In this document: positions 53,468 to 64,000 of the stretch, piece by piece
Numbering within the stretch: position 1 is the first letter of the stretch
Layout of the letters: each line of letters starts with the position of its first letter
DNA from: Azolla caroliniana
Lineage: Eukaryota > Plantae > Polypodiophyta
DNA: 64,000 nucleotides
Direction: 5' to 3'
Assembly: GCA_043228905.1 (NCBI GenBank)
Contig: JBHGNT010000011.1
Coordinates: 18,104,001-18,168,000 of the forward strand
The notes under the pieces: model-generated
The model's input: the letters and a program-made list of their open reading frames with translations, nothing else
What the model was told of the DNA's origin: nothing
The model's database searches: none
Made by a program: the position numbers and the translations under genes

Positions 53468-54201
53468 TTACATTATGGGGAACCTCCAATTTTATTTTTT
53501 TTATTTATTTATTAAAGATATCCTGTCATTAGTGTAATCGTTTTACAAAATTAAAATTCTATGTGATTGGGGGGGGGGGGGGGGGGGGGGGAACAACCAT
53601 TTCGGAGGTTGAAAATGCCAATAAGGAGTACCACAGTTGGCTGTCATGAATGGAGTAGCTTTCCATATAGTGATAAACTCATGCCGTTGAGCAATTTTAG
53701 CATCAGAATCTCCAATAATACCATCCCATTGTCCCTTCAAAGTATGAACTATGTCTAAACAAATATTTGAAACCAAATTGGCCGGTGGTGTTTTCAGCCG
53801 ATGGAAAATAAGAGAGCACCTAGTCTTCCAAATATGATATTTCGGCATACAAGCACATTTAATCTCCCCAATGCAAATGAGACTCTTTGTGTTTTTGGGT
53901 GAATGCCATCGGCGTATCCCTCTTCATCTTGTCAATCCATAGACCACTCACAATATATCATTATGCATGTTGCACAAAAACGAGGTTGAGGTCAGCGTCA
54001 AAGTGTCGGGATTCATGCATGCTTACAATGTTATTATGTGTGGCTTTTCAGCTTTGGACTTTTGTTATATTTGCATGTCTATTATAATGATCTAGGTCCT
54101 CAATTGGAATATTTAGATGTCTTCATCACGACCACCACATTCCGTGCTCTGGCGGACACTTTGTGCCGTGTCGTGTCGTGTCGTTTGCGGATGCATGCAT
54201 G

Positions 54202-54243
<42 letters not shown>

Positions 54244-54545
54244 GGCCCTACTCCTTGATGAGCAACTTAAGGAGGAGGGTTATTTCCGTAAATATCTGTT
54301 TCTCTTTTGGTCTTAGAAGACGTCAATATATCGTTCTTTCTTGCTTACTTTAGAGAGCCAAAGAGGGAAGGAACTCTTCTGACATTTCTTGTGTGGGCCG
54401 ACTTTGTGGCTGGGTTGTTTTGGCGGGAAACAGTGACTTTGCAGACATTTTTGAAATTCCTCCATTTCTGGTTGCCGGCGGTAGACTTTACACAGCTGTC
54501 GTCGTCCCTCTTCTTCTTCTTCTTCTGTTTTTGTCTGCAGTGTCG

Positions 54546-57367
54546 ATGGAGGAAGACTCCCACCATTCCTATGGCCTTGTAGTGGGAACAGCAACAGAAA
54601 GAGGAGGAGGAGGAGGAGGAGGAGGTGGTGGTGGAAGAAGAGATGGTGTGTCCAGGTCTGCTACAGATGAAGAAGAAGCTTGGCTTCAATGGGAGGATCA
54701 GATCCTGATGCTTCAACCCGAAGAAGATGATGGAGAAGACGATGAAGAAGAAGGAAGAGGAGCGATGTTAACAGATTTGCCGTTACTCATGATCGGTGAG
54801 GCTGAGGTATAAGCTTTTTCTTTCTTCTTTATTCGGCATGAGAGAGAGAGAGAGATTAGTGTATTATTGTACTAGAGGCCAACATCTGTCTATCATATAA
54901 ATCATAATTAAAAAAGAGATACTGTGTAACCAGGCCTTCGACTTGAAAAATGAAGTAGCTCTCTGGTCTCGAGCCGAAGCACAGGTGAGCGCCATTATCC
55001 GCCGAAAACTTTAATGTTTCACAAAAATCAACATTTCATATTTTTATTGTCGTAACCCTTATACTGATTCAATGAGTCAGTAGATTTGTGCTGCCTCTGA
55101 AGCTGATATCGTGTATAAGTTGGAAGAAGAGAAAGATTTGAAGCTTGCTACCATTGCTGAGACAGAAGATGTTCAACGTTATCTGATGATGCAATCTCTG
55201 ATGGATGGGTATGCTATAGACATGGTTCGATTTTATTTATTTGCACATGCAAATTTTTTATGTCTCAAGATTACCATTTGCAATATTTTTAGGATTTTAA
55301 TCCTCTCATTTGCCGATTCGAGCTACAGTATTGTCAGGTTTCGAGATTTGAAATGTTATTTCCTGACACGAGATTTCAATGTTCTATAGGTTTCTTCCCA
55401 TGAAGATCATACTGTTTGACGTTGAGGTCTTCCTCTAACCCTAGATTTACACAATATTCCATGGAAATGCATTGTTTCATAGGAACGTCATCTGTCTAGC
55501 TGATGAGTTTGCAAAGTCTTACAATTTAATTTGTACAAAGAGTTCTTTTTAACCAGGAAGATGCTATTGGGATATGAAGTGTAGACCTTTAAGCATGCAA
55601 CTTGTTTTTTAGGGAACATGATTCTGTTTTCCATAGCTCCACGGATTAGAAGTGTAGACCTGGAAGGAAATATTATGTGTCGACATAGAATTTGTCAACC
55701 AGGAAATTATCTGTTGCATATTTTGTATTAAATGTAGATTTGAAAAGCAATATATAGATTTACATGGAATTTGTTAAACAAGAAACATGTTGTTGGATGC
55801 AAGTTGTAGACTAAGTGTATACATTATGGATTTTTATGGTGACTGCTAATTAGTGAACATGCTGTTGCCTGAAATTGTAGGTTTATGAATTGTAGTCTGG
55901 AAAAGCAAATGATTGATGATCATTTGTAAAACCCCAACATACATGTATGCTTATTATAAGCAGTAAATATATGTTGACGTTTTGGTCATGGAGCGTGCTG
56001 ATCAGGAAATATTGAGTTGGTACAAGCAAATATTTTGATAGAGATGGACATTAGAAAACCTTTTATACATATATCAAATAACTAGTCTTTCATGGTGTTC
56101 CAGTCACAGAGCATGTTAATCAGAACACGTGAAGTCAGTAAAAAGCAAATTTTGGACAGAGGTGGAGATTAATAATCCCTGACATGCATAAATTCTAACA
56201 AGCTGTGAGTCTTTCTTGATGTTTCTGTCATGGAGCATGTTGATCAGGAAATCTTGGGTTTAGAAAAACAAATATGTTGATAGATGTAGAAATTGTATAT
56301 AGAATGTAGAATGAATTTCTATATGTCCAGGGATGTGTTTGATCAACTATTGAGCTAGAAGGAAAATTTATGGAGATAGCTGTTAGCTGTTAGATGAATG
56401 TTCATGGAAAGGAAAGTTATGGAAAGCCATTCATCTATCAAGACTTATGAAGTATAGAACTGTAAAGCAAATTATTATTATTAATAAACCCCTATAGACA
56501 TAGATTCTCGTATTCAGTGAATCTTTGTTGATGTTTCAGTCAACTCTTGTTGGCTCTAGGGCAAAGTATCTTATTGATGAGAAGGGTGCTGAAGAGGCAG
56601 ACTATCAAGATTTGATATGTGTTCATCAAGCAGCAAAGGTTCTCCTTCAACTTATTGATCAAGCCATGTGTAGAAAGATGGAAGAAGAGCGGTATTATTC
56701 ACCGTATTTACGATGACAGCATAAGGAGATAAAATCTTTGAAATTTGATGAAACACTAACTTTGGTTTTATTTTTACAATTTCAGTCTCAAAGTTCTAAA
56801 TGAATGTAGCAAAGCAATGGCTAGACAGAAGGAAATCGAGGATGTAGCTGCAAAAGAACGACTACAATTTAATGCAGAGATCTTCAAATTGAAAAGAGAT
56901 TATAGGTTGCTGAATGAAAAACTTGTGAGCTCTCAACATTTCTCTTAAATTCATGTGAAAATTACAAATTAGAAGAAATACCTTTTTGTTCTAATACAGT
57001 GTTGCATTTGAATGGTACAGGAATGGGAGAGGGATCGTTCGACATGCAAAATTTGCTTCACAAAGGTGAGATTAGTTAATGCAACACAATAAAAGTAAAA
57101 GGATATTCTGACAACATCCATTTGTTTCTTTTCCTTTGCTCAGGCTAGAGATGTTTTGATTCTACCATGCAGTAAGTACCTCTATTCATATGGTATAGCG
57201 AGATATACATGTGCTTTCTGTCATTATAATCACTTGTTTGTTTTTTACCAGTGCATTTTCAGTATTGTCATGCTTGCCTTAATCGCCATCAAAAATCGCG
57301 CAACATTTGTCCAATGTGCCGATCTCCAATAAGTGGTGTTTTGAAGTACAACCTTTTGATTGATTAA
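54546..57367 (+). CDS. Coiled-coil protein with a C-terminal RING finger (zf-C3HC4_3/BOI-IAP-like); putative E3 ligase
   Basis: Exons 54546-54806, 55084-55224, 56540-56691, 56786-56924, 57021-57065, 57144-57171 and 57252-57367 join in frame. The product ends CKICFTKARDVLILPCMHFQYCHACLNRHQKSRNICPMCRSPISGVLKYNLLID*. Confidence 0.85.
55545..56470. repeat. Old degenerate tandem repeats in RING-gene intron 2
   Basis: Recurrent motifs AACCAGGAA..GAAGTGTAGACCT..AAAGCAA and GTCATGGAGCATGTTGATCAGGAAAT. Confidence 0.55.
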
Positions 57368-60315
57368 ATTTTTTCAGCCTCAAAGTGGATATTGAATACA
57401 AGACACTATAGTTAGAACAGAAGATTCAGTTTATTGAAGTTTGAAACTTCAACATGAAATCATCTCACCATTCTTGATGATTCTTCCCTTACAATCAAAA
57501 TGATAACAAGGCTGTACATAAGTAAAGTATCTTTTGATAACATTCATATACTATTGCACATGCCTCTTCTTCTCAATATGAATTCATGGTTGATTAGATT
57601 TTCAGAGATTGGATGTGATACGATATGATGTTGAACGTGGTCAGCTTCACTTGTTTTTAGAGTTGGCTAGCCATTACCATTGCCCACATGTTGTACATCG
57701 AATTTTTGACTAAGGAACAATGTTACAATGCCTCGAGTTTCTATAGAGCTATTAGAACTCTCAAACAGACAATGATCAATAGCTCTTGTTTTGGAGATGA
57801 CCAACATTAGCTTTTTCTGTTATTGTCGTTAGTATTATAGGCCCACTTACAGAGTTGATAACCAAGTGTGCATCCTAGTAACTTTCCACACATCCCACCA
57901 ACATGGTTCCTTTTTGAAATGTTGGTTACAATCTCCTCCTTTATATGCAATTTGGATCTTTTTTTATTGCCATTTCTAGAAAATTGTTGTCTAACAACTT
58001 GGTACAGCAAACTGCACATCTCTTCTTGTGCTAAGGGCATTTTAGTGGGACAATTGAGTGTCCACTACCTCAACATTTTGGAGTTTCTTCATGATATGAA
58101 TCACGAATTTGTAAATAAAGGAAGCCTTGTATATATTTATAAGAGATGTTTATGAGCATTGTCTTCCACTAATGGGTTTTCCCCATATTAGTATGTGTTT
58201 TCACATTATTACTATTGTTAGGATGATCCCATATACTTCCTCAAATCAACATAAGTATCATGCCAATATCTTAAGCTCTATATAGATAGAAAAAACCTCA
58301 ATGGAAATATAATGAGAGATATCAATGCAGTCATTACTCCAATTAGTGCGCATCATAATGAATTAGTTGGATTTGTCACATCAAAATCAGAAGGATATGT
58401 CATGGGTTTGCATTGATTTTCTTGTCCAAGAGATCCAAAGCTATACATACAATTGTACATAGCCTTCTCAAACTCTTATAGGTGAATAACATAACAATGT
58501 TATCCTCTTCTAGGCATACCCCAGAGTTTTATATGCACGCTTGATCTAACCATGAGTCTAGGGAGGGTGTCACATTATATTTTGTGGTGGAAAGGGTCAA
58601 ATTTTCTATATTAATTTAATGACTGATATCTATTGTTACCACAAAACTAAAGTTGTGTCATAAACTCAAAGAGGTGTGTGTAAGTTTTAAAAGCCGTGCT
58701 TTTTTAGGTATTCATAGATATTGGTACATTAAACTAAATTCAGGTTTTCCATATTACCCACCATAATGTACAATACCACTTCGCATAAAATTGAGGTGCC
58801 AACCAACCAAATAAATAAAAGTTTAGGGGTATTTCAGAGCTTACACAGAGTAATGTCTTCTCCAAAGAAAATTGGCATAGTTATATAGTTAATACTATTT
58901 TTATATTGGTTTTGATATTCAATTCCTTGACTTGGTCCTTATTTAGAGACAAACAGAAAATCTTTGGATATAAAATTCAACTAAACAGCAGTTACAAATC
59001 TAGCGTGTGTGTGTGTGGTGTGTGTGTGCGTGTGCGCGTGCGTGTGCGCACACACGTGTGCAAAGTAACATGAACATGTTTTAGATGGAAGAGATAAGAA
59101 TAAGAACATTATCATGAATATTTGCAAATAACCAAATCTAATAGCTCTACATATCTTCTACATTGAGAACATAACACGGGATTACTTTATGATATCATAT
59201 AATTTTAATGAGAACATAATTGGGGATTACTTTATGATTGGAATTTTAATGTCTCATTGGATGCCATATGGATGGAGACCATCGAGTACATCGCTAAATT
59301 GAAAAATAATTACACACGCTTGTGTAGGATAATATAAGTGAGATAAAGAAAACCTTAATCGTTCCCCGTTGACAAATGCTTATTGATCTAATTTAAGCTG
59401 TTTGGCATAATATTTTTCTTTTTACTGAATGAACCCAAGTGTCTCGTGGATATGCTTGTGGAATAAACAATTATCCAGAAAACGTTAAGAAACCGATCAC
59501 AATCTCAAACCGCCATAGTCCCCAATGCTTGATAAGCAAAGGCTCAAAAGTAATGCTAACCTGGCTAGGCATATGATAGGAGGAATCCTTCAAGGAAAGT
59601 CATGTAATCAAAAGTTTTATCTATATTCTTAAAATTCTACCTATCTTACTATTATTGACATTAAATTTTTATCTAGGTACAATATCATTGCCAACAATAG
59701 ATATAATCGTTATATGATAACAATGCCCTAGTGGATCCAACTCCAATTTGATACCAATGTTCGACATACATTCACGACATTGATTGGTATCTCCACGTTG
59801 TTTTGCAAACTAGATTAGAATTTAGGTGCTAACATACAGAGTTGAAATCCAACTATGTCCAAATAAAATAATATTTTCCACCGATTGGTATTCTTCACTC
59901 ATAATCATCCTTGGCAACCTAGAACAAAATTCAAAATTGCATGCAAGTACTGTACTCCACATCAAAAATCCAATGATATGCAAAACATTTATTTTCATAA
60001 AGAGTTTTCATCTATTCATATTTTGTAACCTAGAACGCTATTCACATTCCCATCGATGGGTCACACTCATGCACAATAATACACCTTTACTGAAGTAGAC
60101 ACATTTGAAGGCAATGGCACAGTAAACACGTTACATGACAATTCATTTGTGCTACTTGATTAAAAGACCTTCCAACGAAAATCCTAGTTCCCAAAATTGA
60201 CAGAAAAGGAAAATTTAGAGGGAAAGAGACAGAGAGATTTTATTGTGGTCCTTCGAGGTCAAATATGATCCACAAAACCAAAGTGACAGATAAACATGTG
60301 GTACTTGAGGTTGGT

Positions 60316-60375
<60 letters not shown>

Positions 60376-62275
60376 AATGACAATGATATTTTAACTTCTA
60401 CAAAAGGATTAGGAACATGACCTACGGGCCCCAAAAAAAGTGTTATAAGACAAACTCCCATTCCTATGTTTTCTTGGTCATCGCTCTCACGCTTTAGGTA
60501 GAGATCCCACATGGGCCTAAGAGTTTTTTCTTGTCCAAACATAGGGAAGTTCTCTCCGGTTTGTGTATTCATTAGGGTAATTGATGGACACATTTTCTAA
60601 TGAATGAGAATGCATCACAACGTACCATGAAATACTCCTTATCCCCAATATCATGATTACCACCACATAATGTGTCTTCAAATTTCTCAAGCAAATCCTC
60701 TAACCTCCATTCTTCACTTCAAGATAGTGGTTAAGAATACATGAGGGGTTGATAATTATTCTTTAAAAATGGCTTGGGGATAAGAAGATGTTGGGTCGCT
60801 TTCGTCATTTCCATTCACACATGTAGTGGTACCTTTCGTCATTTCGTTGTAGATGTTCACACATGTAGTGGACAAGTCAAATTTGTGATGCAATTTGCTA
60901 TTACCATCATCTTTGTTCCATTTGTTTATGACTATAATAATCATGAATCAATATCTATCATCAACCTGTTGATGTGTAGCGGCTAGCCTCATCTGATGCC
61001 ACAATCCATCTTGTATTTGTGTGTGGTGTGTAAAGCTAGAAGAGATCAATATTGAATTGTGTTACTCTTATGTGCTTTGTTGGTGCGATCACAATATTCC
61101 TTTGGTAGGCAATGCACCTCCATGCACTAGTCTTGGTTACATACTTCTCCACCAATTAGTGTTTGAGAGAGAGAGAGAGTGTGTGTGTGTGTGTGTCTGT
61201 ATGTGTGCAGCATTGTAATTTGTACCATTTCCTCTAGCCGAAACATCATGACTACTTAGAGAGAACTAGAGAGGATGGAATGGCAATTGGGTATGGAGAA
61301 ATGACAAAAAGGAAGGCTTGGTGGCCAAAGATTAGCCATACTCTAAGCTTTCAAGACTAAAGTATATGTGAGCGAGTTACTCTAGGTGAACAACCAATGG
61401 CAAAGTCATGTTATCACATGTGCTGCACTTAAAAACTTCTTCATCACACAGAACTCATCAATTTCTCAGTTGTGGCAACAAAACATATATTCTCATGAGT
61501 CATGACAACAAGACAAATATAAACCATGCATACATTGTATGTTTGTACAAGACATATCCTTTTTACCTTGGCCATGAGTGGTATTGCTTTCTTATCAAAT
61601 TATGAATGTAAACCCCGAACCCAAGTTTTAGACATCGCACTCTCTTCTCCAATATCTTTTTTCCTTCCTAGATGCATTTAACATAAGATAGGTGAGTTTA
61701 AAGTAGTAGCTAACTAGTGAGCCATCTTCCATTACTAGAGTACCCGAAATGAGAAAAACCTTTGGTTGCCTTGGGTGAAATCCGCACATAATCTCGCAAA
61801 CAGAGCTATGTAGTCAAGCCATGTAAATCTAACCCATTTATTTCAAACTTTACTTGTGATAAAACACTCTTAACTATTGGTGTACATTAGTCTATTCATT
61901 GTCATGATTTTTGAATACATATAGACACATCCCCCATTGATGAGATGAGAAACGCATAGTTATAAAAGGCATAAGGTAAGAGAGACACAGGGGAGGGCCA
62001 ATGTTTTTAGACTATCTCTGAAGAGGTCCAAAGATGTGTCCAATGAGATGAAGACTTTGGAAAGCCAAGGACAAAGGGAGAAATTTTAGTGACAGTAATT
62101 AGTTATTTAGGATCCTCATCCCTTCCATTTTAACCACTTTAACTAAAGATTAGTGACACTAATTACATGGGATTACACATGAGCAGTCAGTCAGTCATGC
62201 TCTCCCCAATCTAACATTTTAAACCAAATGTTAGAACATCTTCATTAGTTCTGATCCGTTAATTAGTTGCTGGAA

Positions 62276-63983
62276 TCATCTGTCTGAGTCTTTATTACAA
62301 ATTATATTTCCGGGATGTAATTCCTGTATGTCAGGATTTCGAACAGAAACCGGCCTCCTGTAGTTAGCCTTGTCATTAAGGATTTCGAAACGCGGATTAG
62401 AGGGCCTGACACTGCGATTGGCATTGTAATTAGGCTTACTCAACATCTCCAATCTCAGCCCTGCCTTGGTGTAATAATGCTCTCTGGGAACGAACACAGG
62501 GGAGCAGCCTGCTGATTTGCAGCCATAGTTCGTGCTAATGGTATCGCTAATGACAGCCGGCCTGCTTATCGTATCTAAAGTACTGTGATCCTTCTTGGAA
62601 GTGTCGCGGCGATTGTCGTCATCATACTTCTTCCTTAAAATGATTGAAAGATTTTTAAATCAGGAATCATAATGAACCAACGAATTATTTGTCCACGGTA
62701 CGAGTTAAAAAATTACTTGAGATATTTGTTACTGAAAAAATTCACTAATTGGAAAGTAATTAAATTAATAGCGAGGCGGCATTTAAATTTTAAAGTTAGA
62801 GAACTTTCCTGCAAAATTTATTTGATTTTACCTTAGCTATTTACATAAAGAGCTGTACTAAAAGGAATTCAATTAAAATACACAAATTTAAATTAGATAC
62901 AATTCAATTTAATGCACATAACTAATAGATTTAATTACTTGTTAGAGTGGGTCAATAATTTAAGAGTTTTTTTATGGCTGGATGCACGATCATGAATTGA
63001 ATGCCGGAATATTTATTATTAGCATGTGATTCGATCATTAATCCTGGTGAGGAATTCTTATACCTTTCCGATTGATGTCGATTGGGAGCAGCAACCAAAT
63101 TAGGTTTAGCAGTTGGATTAGCAGACATTTTATTAGTAATCATAAGTTTAGACGATGAGTGGTTGACGTTGTCCACATTAATATTGTAAACAGCAAAATC
63201 GTCGTGCACCATGATTCGACAAGGATCAGTAGATGGCCCCGTCTGCCTGCTGCCAAATCTAAAGGTGCAATTAGCATGATTAGCAGCAGCATTAATCCCA
63301 CCATTAACGGAAGCATTTGTCCCACTCGATAGATTCGGAGGGGTTAACTTCCTCTGAGTGTGACGATTGCTTTGTTCTTTTACATCTAGCCCCCCTATGC
63401 CGCTGCACGAATTAAGGAACCGAATGAAACTCATAGCTCCCGATTGGTGTTGCCTTAATGACGAAGTAATAAAGTTACTTCTGTCATGATTAGAGGTGTG
63501 ATTATCATTAATCGTAGAGTTAATGGTGGGATTAATATGTTCGTCGTCATCATCATGAGCCAGAAGAAGCTCATGAAGGTGAACTGAATTAGTGCTAGGA
63601 TTAGTTGTCTCTTCGCAGGCCGGGTTGATGCCATTACGATCATTAGTGCTATTTAATTGAATGGCCTCTGCTTCAATGTATTTGGTATTGCAATGTATCT
63701 CTTCTTCTTGTTCGGATTCAATATTCTTCCCTGCCAGGTGATTATCTTCTTGTAGATTGCTAATTGCATCGTCATCTACTTCTTCCTTCACTGTAGCTTC
63801 AATGCAGACCTTGGGCCTGCTTGGTGAGACTCTAGCTCCACAACTATAAGAAGACCTAGAAATGGCATGGCTGTCAGTGGATGGGGAATAATTAGGGTTA
63901 GAGGAGATGGTGGAATTGGAGGATGAAGGAGGGGAAGGGTTCAAAAACAATTCAGATTTCATGTCTATCTCTGTAGCAGGATT
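62276..63983 (-). CDS. 3' exons of a low-complexity N/S-rich protein, possibly SOSEKI (DUF966/UFC)-like; 5' part lies outside the window
   Basis: Exon 63983-63064 (…NRHQSER|gtataag) splices in frame to 62633-62276. SFIRFLNSCSGIGGLDVKE resembles the SOSEKI central CG motif. The diagnostic DIX domain would lie outside the window, so the family call is tentative. Confidence 0.6.
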
Positions 63984-64000
63984 CTGATCAATAATTATGT

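Overview
Gene-dense, AT-rich, intron-containing land-plant nuclear DNA; the PPR motif style and microsatellite load suggest a seed-free plant such as a small-genome fern (inference). I reconstructed 12 protein-coding genes by hand: a partial AKT1-like Shaker K+ channel, two PLS-class PPR genes, an SKIP35-like ankyrin protein, COG5, MIA40 (missed by the ORF track), an acidic CHZ-motif protein, a hexokinase with a transit-peptide-like leader, a conserved ARM-like protein ending SRL, a glycine-rich RRM protein, a coiled-coil RING protein and a partial SOSEKI-like gene. Mobile DNA includes a 1.3-kb non-coding LTR element (TRIM-like) and a 124-bp Mutator-type MITE. The most notable observations are: a PPR protein fused in frame to an N-terminal PFGxYKG (DUF3820/ExoX-C-like) module, with a hairpin array just upstream; an extended tRNA-Ala-like primer site and 4-bp TSD on the TRIM; duplicated splice-acceptor junctions in the RRM and hexokinase introns; a U12 intron; and a GC-AG intron. 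Family assignments come from recalled motifs, not database searches.
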